Shown one piece after another: positions 49,992 to 59,524 of a stretch of DNA of 64,000 nt. Every line of letters begins with the position of its first letter. The stretch's first letter is position 1. The DNA is from Myxococcales bacterium (GTDB lineage Bacteria > Myxococcota_A > Polyangia > Polyangiales > DASUME01): positions 3,456,001-3,520,000 of the forward strand of contig JASGJH010000001.1 of NCBI GenBank assembly GCA_047601445.1, given 5' to 3'. Under the pieces are notes generated by a model. It was not told the origin of the DNA, made no database searches, and saw nothing but the letters and a program-made list of their open reading frames with translations. Position numbers and translations under genes: made by a program.

Positions 49992-51052
49992 AGCACCGCC
50001 GAGCCGCCACGCACGTCCACTGCGACCTGGGCCTGCAGCGGCACCCCTTCCACGAGAGCCTCGGTACCGCTCTGCCGGATCACCTTGACCGGCAGCTTGT
50101 GCGTCCCCACGGGATCGCGCACCTCCACGTACGTCTGTCCGCGCTCCTCGCTCAGGGCGCCGCTCGGAATCACGACCCAGTCTTCGCGCAACTTCATGCG
50201 CACTCGCCCGAGCGTCCCCGCGACGAGACCAGGCTCCGGCTCGCGCGCGTGCAACCAGGCGACGCGCAATCCGTCCCGCTCGTCCGCGTGAGGCGAGAGC
50301 GCGTCGAGCACCAACGGCACGCTCCGGTTCACGTCGACCCACTCGAAGGTCACGCCCACCGGCGGCGGTGTCGCGAAGCGCGCCTCGACGCGTGGATCCG
50401 CGTCCGCGCTGACCAGCTCGAGCAATGGCCCGGCGTTGGGCTCACGCATCTCGCCCAGCTTGGCGTTCACGCTCACCACCACGCCCGTCAACGGAGCGCG
50501 CAAAGCCACTGCACCGTCGCCATCGAGCAACCCCGCGGCCCGCGTGTCCAGCTCGCCGGCCGCACGCAGCGTGGCCCGAGCGCTCTCGCGGTCGCCGCGC
50601 ACGCTGGCGATGTTGGCGTCGATGTCGCTCAGTTCGGCCGCGCGCGCGAGCCCCTTCTCCAGCAGCGGCGCCACCACAGCGCGGCGCTCCTGCCAGCTCT
50701 GCAGCCGCAGCTCCGCCGACCGCAACGCGCCAGCGGCCCGGATCAACTCCGGCATCACCACGTCGACCAACGCGTCGCCCTCGTTCACGGTCTGTCCGGC
50801 ACGCACGCGCACGCGGCGCACCCGCGCGCTCAGCGGCACCGAGATGAGCGCCGTGTCGTTGGGAGAGGAGACCACACGCGCTGGCGCGTCCAACCAGCTG
50901 CTCTCACGGGCCGCCTCCACGCTCTGAAAGCGCGCCACGGAGCTCGCTGCCTGAGCTTCCGGCGCTTCCCGCGCGGGCTCTTGTGTGCTGCATCCGATCA
51001 GGCTGCAACAGAGAGCGACGGCGCCCGCGGTCGAGTGGAGTCCGTTGAACAT
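49988..51052 (-). CDS. RND efflux periplasmic adaptor (MFP), lipoprotein
   Basis: Lipobox LIGC; lipoyl halves (VRAGQTVNEGDAL, LRAPLTGVV); coiled-coil hairpin; VVIPSGAL. Confidence 0.85.
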   Translation of the reverse strand: MFNGLHSTAGAVALCCSLIGCSTQEPAREAPEAQAASSVARFQSVEAARESSWLDAPARVVSSPNDTALISVPLSARVRRVRVRAGQTVNEGDALVDVVMPELIRAAGALRSAELRLQSWQERRAVVAPLLEKGLARAAELSDIDANIASVRGDRESARATLRAAGELDTRAAGLLDGDGAVALRAPLTGVVVSVNAKLGEMREPNAGPLLELVSADADPRVEARFATPPPVGVTFEWVDVNRSVPLVLDALSPHADERDGLRVAWLHAREPEPGLVAGTLGRVRMKLREDWVVIPSGALSEERGQTYVEVRDPVGTHKLPVKVIRQSGTEALVEGVPLQAQVAVDVRGGSAVL

Positions 51053-51332
51053 GGGCGCAGGCTACAGGCTCGACGGAAGCGCTGCATGAGAGTGGAATAA
51101 GAAGTTTCTCATGAATACCGCGTGACGCCGTGGCAGCGATGAAATTGACCCGGCCGAGCCAAAGCGGTGACCTCTGGGTCCAACTGCAACGATCACACGC
51201 GCGCTCGGCTCTGCCTGCCTCGGTATCGCATCCATTTCAACGCCTGACAGTCATATGACCCGCTGGCGCTTTTGATAGCCCAAGCGGCCCAGCCACCGTT
51301 GCGTTCGCCGTGCACAGTTCCAAGCTTTCGAG

Positions 51333-52946
51333 ATGTGGCCGCGGTCGAAACCCGAGTCGTCGGCGCCGTCCTGGCCGGAAGAACAGTCCGGCAAGCGCTT
51401 GCGCAAGCTCGCGCCGCGATCGCCTCGTACGTCGTGGCTGGACCGCGTGGTCACGGTGGTGCTGGCGGTGAGTGGCGTCGCACTCTTGCGTTGGCTTCTG
51501 CATCCGCTCGTGGGCGATGCCATTCCACTCACACCGTTCTTGGCGGCAGTCGCGATCGCGACCCACCGTCACGGTGCGCGCGTCGGTTATGTGGTCGCGC
51601 TCGTTTCAGTGGTGCTCGGCTCACGCTTGTTCACGGAGTCCGACCCGCATCATCCCTACGAACACCTGATCATTCTGCTGTTGTTCATGGCGTGTTCGGC
51701 CCTGGTCATCACCATCATCGAGCGTGAACAAAAGACCAGGCGAGCGCTGGAGGCGCGCGACATCTTGATCCGCCGCAGCTACGCCGAGCGCGAGCGGCTG
51801 GCCGAAGAGCTCGCCACCTCGCGAAGGCTCGAGGGCCTCGGCCGCCTGGCAGGCGGAGTCGCGCATGATTTCAACAACCTGCTGACCGTCATCCTGGGCT
51901 CGGCCGAGCTGCTCAAGCAGGAGTTGCCCGCGAGCCCCCTACTCGACGGTGTAGAAGTCGCCGCGACCCGCGCGGCCGAACTCACCAAGCAGCTGCTCGG
52001 CCTCGGTCGCAGACAGACGCTGGTTCTCACCACCCTCGATGTGGCCTCCGTCCTCCGTGAATGCGAGCGTCTCTGTACCCGCATGCTCCCGGCAGGATTC
52101 GAGCTCCGCATCGATCTCGGGCGCACACCCTGGACCTTCGAGGGTGACGCCACGGCGTTGCAGCAGATCCTGATGAACCTGGTCGTCAACGCCCGCGACG
52201 CCATGCCGCAGGGCGGCACCATCACCGTATCGAGCGAGAACGTGATACTCGAGCGCTTCGACACCGACGAGATCGACCTGATGGCAGGCGACTACGTACG
52301 CATCCGTGTCTCGGATGAAGGCACGGGCCTCGACGCCGCGGTTCAACCACACCTGTTCGAGCCCTTCTACTCCACCAAGGGCCAGGGCACCGGACTCGGT
52401 TTGGCCGTGGTCTACGGCCTGAGCAAGCAGCTCCGCGGCTCCGTGCGCGCCCACAACAACACGGACAAGGGCGCTAGCTTCGACCTCTACCTGCCCCGCT
52501 CCTCCCGCTTCAGCGCCGACAGCGGCGTCGTACCGCGCACCAAGAAGGGCGTGGCCGGGCGCTCGCTGCGGGTGCTGATGGTGGAGGACAACGCCCTCGT
52601 GCAGCGAACCCTGCGCAGCATCCTGGAGTCCCTGGGTCATCGCGTCGTCATCGCCAGCAACGGCGAGGCGGCACTGGCGATCATGGAGCGCGAACCGCGC
52701 GCACTGGACGTCGTGCTGAGCGACGTGGTGATGCCCGGCATGGACGGCCTCGAGGTCGCCGAAGAAGCCGGCAAGCTCTCCGCGAAGATCGGAGTCGTGC
52801 TGATCTCCGGCTACACCGACGCCGACGTGTGGAAGCGCCTGGGACAGAACGGCATCGTCTTCCTGCGCAAACCCTTCTCGAGCGGCGAGCTCAACGACGC
52901 TCTCGATCGAGCCACGCATCGGGGTGCGGGGGCGCGCACCGGGTAA
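51333..52946 (+). CDS. Hybrid sensor histidine kinase/response regulator with DUF4118-like membrane domain
   Basis: Four N-terminal TM helices; GGVAHDFNNLL, NARDAM, GTGLGL; receiver VEDN, SDVVMPGMDG, RKPF. Confidence 0.92.
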   Translation: MWPRSKPESSAPSWPEEQSGKRLRKLAPRSPRTSWLDRVVTVVLAVSGVALLRWLLHPLVGDAIPLTPFLAAVAIATHRHGARVGYVVALVSVVLGSRLFTESDPHHPYEHLIILLLFMACSALVITIIEREQKTRRALEARDILIRRSYAERERLAEELATSRRLEGLGRLAGGVAHDFNNLLTVILGSAELLKQELPASPLLDGVEVAATRAAELTKQLLGLGRRQTLVLTTLDVASVLRECERLCTRMLPAGFELRIDLGRTPWTFEGDATALQQILMNLVVNARDAMPQGGTITVSSENVILERFDTDEIDLMAGDYVRIRVSDEGTGLDAAVQPHLFEPFYSTKGQGTGLGLAVVYGLSKQLRGSVRAHNNTDKGASFDLYLPRSSRFSADSGVVPRTKKGVAGRSLRVLMVEDNALVQRTLRSILESLGHRVVIASNGEAALAIMEREPRALDVVLSDVVMPGMDGLEVAEEAGKLSAKIGVVLISGYTDADVWKRLGQNGIVFLRKPFSSGELNDALDRATHRGAGARTG

Positions 52947-54399
52947 CCCCCAAGTACGCGTCGAGCGCGAATGCGCGTGGCTTGTCGCTGCGACTGGCGA
53001 TGTAGCCGTCGGGGCGCACGACGACGACGGATCCCGGGACCGCCTGGTAGGCTGCCGCGATCTTACCTCCGCGGTCGAAGGAATCGCTCACGTGCACACT
53101 GCGAACGCGCGCGTCCTGTGCTTGCACGCGGGCCGCGTCGGCGCCGAACGCGAGGACGGTGAAATGAGCGCCGCGAAAGACATCGAACAAGCGACCCGTG
53201 TTCGTAACCGCGTCCGGGGCGCGATCTCCCGAGCGCAAGCGGACCCCAGGCGAGATGTCCACATCGACTGACAGGCTGCTATCCCGGTAATTCGTGCCGA
53301 GTTGCTTGGTGTCCGCGCCGCGACGCTGCCGAGCACGGCGCTCATACAGCGCGGTCGAGAGGTTCAACACCTTGTGTGCGATCGGGAGGCGCTCTTGCTG
53401 GTAGGTATCGAGAAGCGCGTCGGGAGCGCCATCGAGTACCGCTGCGAGCTTCCAACCGAGGTTCTGAGAATCTTGTACACCGATGTTCAAGCCCTGACCG
53501 CCGGTGGGCGGATGCACGTGGGCTGCGTCGCCGGCGAGCAAGACGCGACCCACGCGGTAGCGGTCAACCATGCGCGACTGAGGATGATAGAGAGAGAGCC
53601 AGCTCACTGCGCGAACTCCGATCTTCGCGCTCCGGAGTGTGTGGGTCAGGAACGCTTGCACCGGAGCGAGTTCGAGCGCCGGCGGCGACGAGCCGGGCTC
53701 GAGCTGAGCAAGCAACTGGAACTTTTCCCCACCCGGCAAGGGACACAGCGCCACGGCACCGCTGCGCGCGCGAGGCCAGACATGCCACGCATCGCGCGCG
53801 AGACCGTCGAGAACCAAATCTCCCACCAGGGCCGAAGGTTCATCGAGGGTGCGGCCCTGCAACGTCAGTCCGAGCGCCTTGCGGACGGTGCTACGACCGC
53901 CGTCGGCTGCCAGGAGATAGGCAGTCCGGACGAGCTCGCTCCGCGTGCCGTGCTCGAGTTCGGCACGGACGGCGTCTGCGTCCTGGGTGAATCCCCGAAG
54001 TGCGCAGCCGTATTCGACCTCGACATCCAGCTCGGTCAGCCGTTCGCGTAGCGATGCTTCGGTGTCAGCCTGCGCCACCATCCAGGCGTTCGGATAGGGC
54101 ACCTGATCCGTTCTCTGGCCGCGCTCCATGAGATCGTAGCCCCACGCGAATGGCCCCCAATGCACCCGCATGCGCGGGTACGGCGTACCTCTGGCGAGCA
54201 CCCGGTCGACGATGCCGAGGTCGTCGAACAGCTCGAGCGTCCGCGGCTGCAAGCCCTTGCCGCGCGAACCCGGCATGGGCCCCTGGTTCTGCTCGACGAT
54301 GCGCACCCGCTGGCCGCGTCGCGCGAGCTCACACGCGAGCGTGAGTCCCGTCGGCCCTGCGCCCACGATCAATACCGCGATGTCCGTGCTAGCGTTCAC
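52891..54399 (-). CDS. FAD-dependent monooxygenase (PheA/TfdB-like)
   Basis: IVGAGPTGL, LQPRTLE, ADGGRSTVRK, LAGDAAHVHPPTGGQGLN.GVQD, RAPD, VRPDGYI. Confidence 0.93.
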   Translation of the reverse strand: MNASTDIAVLIVGAGPTGLTLACELARRGQRVRIVEQNQGPMPGSRGKGLQPRTLELFDDLGIVDRVLARGTPYPRMRVHWGPFAWGYDLMERGQRTDQVPYPNAWMVAQADTEASLRERLTELDVEVEYGCALRGFTQDADAVRAELEHGTRSELVRTAYLLAADGGRSTVRKALGLTLQGRTLDEPSALVGDLVLDGLARDAWHVWPRARSGAVALCPLPGGEKFQLLAQLEPGSSPPALELAPVQAFLTHTLRSAKIGVRAVSWLSLYHPQSRMVDRYRVGRVLLAGDAAHVHPPTGGQGLNIGVQDSQNLGWKLAAVLDGAPDALLDTYQQERLPIAHKVLNLSTALYERRARQRRGADTKQLGTNYRDSSLSVDVDISPGVRLRSGDRAPDAVTNTGRLFDVFRGAHFTVLAFGADAARVQAQDARVRSVHVSDSFDRGGKIAAAYQAVPGSVVVVRPDGYIASRSDKPRAFALDAYLGVTRCAPPHPDAWLDRERR

Positions 54400-54410
54400 G
54401 CATCACAGTT

Positions 54411-54441
54411 TGTAAGTAAGAGCTTGGGTTTGCAGCTTGCA
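54411..54441. promoter_or_regulatory. Possible TetR operator in the 54-bp divergent spacer
   Basis: TGTAAG-N19-CTTGCA imperfect palindrome in an AT-richer spacer between the monooxygenase and TetR genes. Confidence 0.35.
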
Positions 54442-54453
54442 TTGAGGAACGTC

Positions 54454-55065
54454 ATGGAGCGAGCAAAGCTAAGTCCTCGAAAACTCCCGACACAGGCACG
54501 CTCGCGGGCCACCGTGGACGCGATTTTGCAAGCCACGACTTACATTTTGCACAGGCAGAGCTTCGAGGGGTTGAATACGAACGCGGTGGCCAGGCGCGCC
54601 GGCGTGAACATCGCGACCCTGTATCAGTACTTTCCCAACAAGGAGGCGCTGGTGGCCGAGCTCGCCCGCCGCCACGTGGTTCGCACGCGCGCTGCAGCCC
54701 TGAAGGTACTCCAGGAGGCAGGCCACGGACGCAATGTGGCTGCCACGATAGGTGTGGCAGTGGACGCGCTGCTCGCTTCCCATCGGATCGAGCCAGAGCT
54801 CCACCGCATCCTTACACTTCAGCCACGACTATACGGCCAGAAGCGCATCGCGACCGAGTCCGACGACGCTCTCAAGGCCCTCGGCACGCTCTGGCTCAAG
54901 CGCAGCGCCGAGCGCTTCGAGCGACCTGAGCTGACTCTTTGGGTGGCCTTCACCGCGATACACACGGTGCTCCATGCCGCATTGGTCGAGCGTCCCGGCG
55001 CCATCGACGACCCGGCGTTCGCCGCGGAATTGAGACAGTTGGCCCTGCGCTACTTACGCGCCTAG
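54454..55065 (+). CDS. TetR/AcrR-family transcriptional regulator
   Basis: GAGGA RBS; RKLPTQARSRATVDAIL...NTNAVARRAGVNIATLYQYFPNKEAL HTH; divergent from the monooxygenase. Confidence 0.93.
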   Translation: MERAKLSPRKLPTQARSRATVDAILQATTYILHRQSFEGLNTNAVARRAGVNIATLYQYFPNKEALVAELARRHVVRTRAAALKVLQEAGHGRNVAATIGVAVDALLASHRIEPELHRILTLQPRLYGQKRIATESDDALKALGTLWLKRSAERFERPELTLWVAFTAIHTVLHAALVERPGAIDDPAFAAELRQLALRYLRA

Positions 55066-55191
55066 CTGCGCTCCCCCGCCCACGTACCCCCGTAGTCCGT
55101 GCGCAGCGCGCGGGGGCGGGGGATGCCCTGGTCGCTCGTCGCGCTGCTGCGAAGCCCCGCCGCCGGAGCGCTGCGCGCGGGCCATGGGAGA

Positions 55192-56106
55192 TCAGTCGAT
55201 GACGACCGGAGGATCCTCCACCGGCGGCTTTTCCACCGGCGGCTCTTTCACCGGTGGGGTGCCAGCATCCGGCTCTCCTCCGCCAGTTGGCGGGTTCGGA
55301 TTCGCTCCGTCGCAGCTGGGTTGCCCACCGGTTCCATCGAAGGTTACCCGGTAAGCCTCACTGCTGTCGGCTCCATCGACGCCTCGCTGGTCGTGATCGA
55401 CGATCACCGTGCACACGCCTTCCGTCGCGTTGCCGGACCCATCGACGACGCGCACACCGAGCTTGTACACGCGACCGTCCTTGGGTCCCTGGCGCTCGGA
55501 CCGCAGCTGCACGTGCTTGCAATCGGCATCGAGCAGAATGTCGGGGGCGTGGTGACCGTCGCCGATGTCGTCCACCGGCTCGTCGCTGCTGGCCCAGACG
55601 AACTCAGCCTGCAGATCCGTGCGGCAGGCGTCCTGCACGCTCGCGCAATCCTCCACCGCGAAGCTGTGGAACTTGTGGTTCGGAGGCCACATGAAGAGGG
55701 TCTTGGTGGTGACCGTCGGCGCGGCCGTGTCGACGACGTGCAGGTCGGCGCGGCAAAGCGTGTTGGAGTCGGCGTCGCGCACGACCACCACGTGATCGCC
55801 CACAGCGAACGGCCCGTGGTCCACGGTCACGGGTGCGTTGCAGGAGTCTCCGTCGGCGCGCACGAAGATCGTCTCGGGATTGGCAGTCCCGCTTCCGTCC
55901 GTGCACTCCACGGTCAGATCCTGCGGACACATCCAGGCGTCGCTGGGCACGGCGGCGTCCGAGCCGACGCACTCGACCTCGAGGGCGGCCGCGGAGCCGC
56001 GCGGCTCGGTCTGTCCGTCTTCACAGGCCACGAGGCCGAGGGCGGCAGCACAAGCGGCAATCGTGGCGGGTTTACGCAAGCCCAACTGCGGTTGTTTGTT
56101 TTTCAT
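55192..56106 (-). CDS. Lipoprotein with HYR-like and WPPNHK-type Ig-like domains
   Basis: Lipobox LVAC; CPQDLTVEC, FAVGDH, VVDTAAP, MWPPNHK, QLRSERQGPKDGRVY, DGSGN; Pro-rich tail. Confidence 0.7.
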   Translation of the reverse strand: MKNKQPQLGLRKPATIAACAAALGLVACEDGQTEPRGSAAALEVECVGSDAAVPSDAWMCPQDLTVECTDGSGTANPETIFVRADGDSCNAPVTVDHGPFAVGDHVVVVRDADSNTLCRADLHVVDTAAPTVTTKTLFMWPPNHKFHSFAVEDCASVQDACRTDLQAEFVWASSDEPVDDIGDGHHAPDILLDADCKHVQLRSERQGPKDGRVYKLGVRVVDGSGNATEGVCTVIVDHDQRGVDGADSSEAYRVTFDGTGGQPSCDGANPNPPTGGGEPDAGTPPVKEPPVEKPPVEDPPVVID

Positions 56107-56444
56107 GCCTGCTTCGGTGGTCGACACGTCCTCATCGGTTGAAACAACCCCACGAAAATCAGCACGTTTCCGCAGCAACGGATCAATGCACCACGACTGC
56201 ATCTCGAGTCCACTTGCCCTGGGGTCGCCGTGCAGCCCGGCGCCGCTGGCTTGGGCGCGGCTCACTCGGATGTTTCGATGCGCGCCATGTGATCCCCAAG
56301 CTCACGCGTGCCGCGCAGCGTGCGCGACGGGTGCACTCGGGCGTCGGTGTGCGCCGCCGTTCTTTTCGCGCAGCAACGCTTGCGCCCGAACGAGTCAGCC
56401 CAGCGCTTCGCGTTTGGAGAGCGCATGTTCCGGCGATAGGTTCA

Positions 56445-57989
56445 ATGATGACTGGCGCATCACGTCCGCTCATCTTCACCAGCTTGATGCTGTGCTCACT
56501 CGGTCTCGCAGCCTGCTCGCACCGAAGGGCGCGGCCCATCGAACAGCGCACCCTCATGGGCAACCACGTGGTGGAGTACGAGGGCGCGCCGTCCAAGCTC
56601 GATCCACTGCCGCCGGCCAATGTGCCGCAGCACCCGTACATGGCCGAGAACGGGCGCAGCGCCATGCACGTGGATTCCTTCTGCTCCAACACGTACGACA
56701 CACGCGGCGTCAAGGGCGTGGACCCCAAGGTCATCTCGGACTCGATGGGTGTCATCGGAGGCGAGTGCTCCACGCTAAACTTCGACAAGCAAGGTCGCGT
56801 CCTGGCCCTGTGTGTGCGCAAGAGTCGCCCTGCCCTGCGTCTGATCGATCCCGCCTCACTGCGCGAGCTCGCGGTCTACAAGTTGCCCAGGCGCAACGTG
56901 CGCTCGCTGCACGTGCGCAAGGCCATGGGCGACACCGGCGGCGGCGCCTATTTCTACGTGGACCACGAGGACCGCGCGGTGATGGGGACCAGCGCGGACG
57001 AGATCCAGGTGGTCTCGGTACGCGTGAATGCCCGCGGCCGTGAGCATTTCCACGTGGACGAGTCGATGGACGTAAGCGAGGCGCTGCAGCACGAAGGGCA
57101 CTCCGATCACATGACGGCGGTCATGCCGGACTGGCAGGGTCACTACTGGTTCGCCGGTCGCTACGGTACCGTGGGGGTGGTCGACCCGGGAATCGCGCCC
57201 AAGTTCCTCCACTTGCCCGGCGAGCAAATCGAGAACTCGTTCTCGGTGGGGCCCGACGGGGTGTACATCGTCTCGGATCATGCGCTCTATCGCATGGAGC
57301 GCGGCCCCCACGGCGCGCCGCACGTGGTGTGGCGCGTGCCCTACGACCGCGGCACGCACCGCAAGGTGGGCCAAATCAACCAGGGCTCGGGCACCACGCC
57401 GAGCCTCCTGGGCGATAAGTACGTGGCCATCGCGGACAACGCCGAGCCACGCATGCACGTGCTGGTCTACGCCCGCGACGAACGCGACGGTGCGCGCCCC
57501 ATCTGCCAGGTGCCGGTCTTCGAACCCAATCGGAGCGCCACCGAGAACTCATTGATCGCCTACGGCAACTCGCTGATCGTGGAGAACAACTTCGGCTACG
57601 ACCTGTTCCTGACCATGCGGCACGACCGCACGAGCGCCCCCGGCGTGGCTCGCGTGGATATCCGTCCGGACGAGAGTGGCTGCGACGTGCGCTGGAGTGT
57701 GGATGAGATCTCGCAGACCGTGGTGCCCAAGATGTCCACCAAGACGGGTCTCGTGTACCTCTATACGAAGGCGCCCGCGAGCTACCGCGACACCGAGGAG
57801 TTCTATCTCACGGCCCTCGACTTCCAGACCGGCAAGCCCGTCTTTCGCGTCTTGACCGGCACCGGCATGCTGTTCGACAACAACTGGGCCGAACTCGCCC
57901 TGGCTCCCGACGGGAAGGCCTTCGTGGGCGTGTTGAACGGGTTCCTCAGGGTCTCGGACCGGACCAAGCCCCGCTATACGAGTCGCTGA
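56445..57989 (+). CDS. Hypothetical lipoprotein, probable beta-propeller
   Basis: Lipobox LAAC; HPYM...MHVD, GGAYFYVD, IENSF, YDRG, GSGTTPSL, ATENSLI, DFQTG, NNWA; strong GC3 bias. Confidence 0.65.
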   Translation: MMTGASRPLIFTSLMLCSLGLAACSHRRARPIEQRTLMGNHVVEYEGAPSKLDPLPPANVPQHPYMAENGRSAMHVDSFCSNTYDTRGVKGVDPKVISDSMGVIGGECSTLNFDKQGRVLALCVRKSRPALRLIDPASLRELAVYKLPRRNVRSLHVRKAMGDTGGGAYFYVDHEDRAVMGTSADEIQVVSVRVNARGREHFHVDESMDVSEALQHEGHSDHMTAVMPDWQGHYWFAGRYGTVGVVDPGIAPKFLHLPGEQIENSFSVGPDGVYIVSDHALYRMERGPHGAPHVVWRVPYDRGTHRKVGQINQGSGTTPSLLGDKYVAIADNAEPRMHVLVYARDERDGARPICQVPVFEPNRSATENSLIAYGNSLIVENNFGYDLFLTMRHDRTSAPGVARVDIRPDESGCDVRWSVDEISQTVVPKMSTKTGLVYLYTKAPASYRDTEEFYLTALDFQTGKPVFRVLTGTGMLFDNNWAELALAPDGKAFVGVLNGFLRVSDRTKPRYTSR

Positions 57990-59322
57990 ACGACTCGAAC
58001 CAGGGCGCCGTCTCGGGAATGCGGTCGCGCAGGATGGAGCCCACCGGGACGCGCGCGCGGATCTTACGCAGCGTGGCGTAGTGACCGACCAGGGCGCGAT
58101 TGAAGAAGACGAGTTCCTTGGAGGGCTGGAACGACGCCATGTGTTTCATGGTGGCGGGCACCAGCTTGGTGAGCACGTCCTGCTCGAAGCGCGCTGCGCC
58201 GAAGTCGAAGGGGTTGGCGGCCAGCACCGGCAGCGCCAGCCAGTCACGCCACAACTTGTAGAAATCGTGGCCCACTTGTGGACCGCCGGGGCGCCTGATA
58301 CCGAGCGTCTTGAGCGTCTCTTCGACGCTGCCGTAGTCCTCGCGCAAGCCCTGCACGATGAGCTGCTGGTAGCCCTTGGCCACGTGGGGCGCGAGACGCT
58401 TCACGCAACCGAAGTCGTACATGATGACGCTGCCGTCCTTGCGGAAGGCGAAGTTGGCGGGATTCGGGTCTGCGTGGATCGCGCCGTGCTCGAAGATCTG
58501 GGACTCCATGGCGAGCCACAGATGCCGCCCGCAACGGTCCCGCTCCTCGCTGGTGTAGCCGAGCGTGTCGAAGTCTTTGATGTGATCGCCGGGCTCGTAG
58601 GCGAGTGTGAGAACCCGTTTGGCCGAACGGTGGCCGATGACCTCGGGCACCACCACGAAAGGGTGATGCTCGGCATGGAAGGCGCGGAACTCGCGCACGT
58701 TGTCGGACTCGTTGCAGTAGTCGAGCTCCTCGTGCATGCGCTCGCTGATTTCGTTGAAGCTGGCATCGAGCGCCTTCTTGTCCACGCGCAGCACGCCGCT
58801 CGCCAAGAGCGCGAACTTGAGGTGACGCATGTCGGAGTTCACCGCGTCGTCCACGCCCGGGTATTGCACTTTCACGATCACGTCGCGCCCGTCGACCCTG
58901 GCGCGGTGCACCTGTCCGATGGACGCGGCGGCGAAGGGCTTGGGATCGAAGTCCTCGAAGAGCATCGCGAGCGGCTGGTCGAACTCGGACTGGATCTGCT
59001 CCTCGATCACCGAGAACTCCACCGGCGGAGCTTCACGCTGCAGTGACTGCAGGGCGTCGGCGATCTCCTTGGGCAAGAGGTCCGCCGCCATGGAGGCCAT
59101 CTGACCCATCTTCATGGCGGCCCCCTTGAGCTCTCCGAGGGTGGCGGCGATGCGGGCGCCGACGCGCTCCATGGCCTCTTGCTGATCCTGCGCCGCGGCC
59201 TCGTCCGACAAGAACATGCGCTTCACGCGGTCGCGCGCGTAGCCACCGGCCACGGAGGCGGTGAGTCCCGCGAGTTTGAAGAAGCGGCCTCCGCCAGCAG
59301 GGGGTTTCCCGTTGTTCGACAT
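57946..59322 (-). CDS. ABC1/AarF/UbiB-family atypical kinase
   Basis: LKGAAMKMGQ, PFAAASIGQVHRA, VKVQYPG, EELDY, HADPNPANF, YDFGC. Confidence 0.93.
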   Translation of the reverse strand: MSNNGKPPAGGGRFFKLAGLTASVAGGYARDRVKRMFLSDEAAAQDQQEAMERVGARIAATLGELKGAAMKMGQMASMAADLLPKEIADALQSLQREAPPVEFSVIEEQIQSEFDQPLAMLFEDFDPKPFAAASIGQVHRARVDGRDVIVKVQYPGVDDAVNSDMRHLKFALLASGVLRVDKKALDASFNEISERMHEELDYCNESDNVREFRAFHAEHHPFVVVPEVIGHRSAKRVLTLAYEPGDHIKDFDTLGYTSEERDRCGRHLWLAMESQIFEHGAIHADPNPANFAFRKDGSVIMYDFGCVKRLAPHVAKGYQQLIVQGLREDYGSVEETLKTLGIRRPGGPQVGHDFYKLWRDWLALPVLAANPFDFGAARFEQDVLTKLVPATMKHMASFQPSKELVFFNRALVGHYATLRKIRARVPVGSILRDRIPETAPWFESFSDSYSGAWSGPRP

Positions 59323-59524
59323 CTTACGCTCGCCTCGTTGGCCCTGGGCCGTGGGCAAACGTATGGCGAATCGACAGGGTCATCAACAGGTTCGAGCTGC
59401 CGCAGTTGTGACCCAATCTGCTGTTTTCGGGAGGGCACGCGCCCTCCCGCCCGTCGCGGCGAAGCCGCGCCAGCCGCCGCGAGGTTCGCTGCGCTCGAGG
59501 CGAGCTTGCCGCGAAGACGCGCTG

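Noticed and set aside
55200..55262. 15-bp-period tandem repeat (CCACCGGCGG...)
   Set aside because: Explained by the coding PPVKEPPVEKPPVEDPP tail of the lipoprotein.
57946..57989. 44-bp overlap of convergent genes
   Set aside because: Short 3' overlaps are common in GC-rich genomes, and there is no sign of function.
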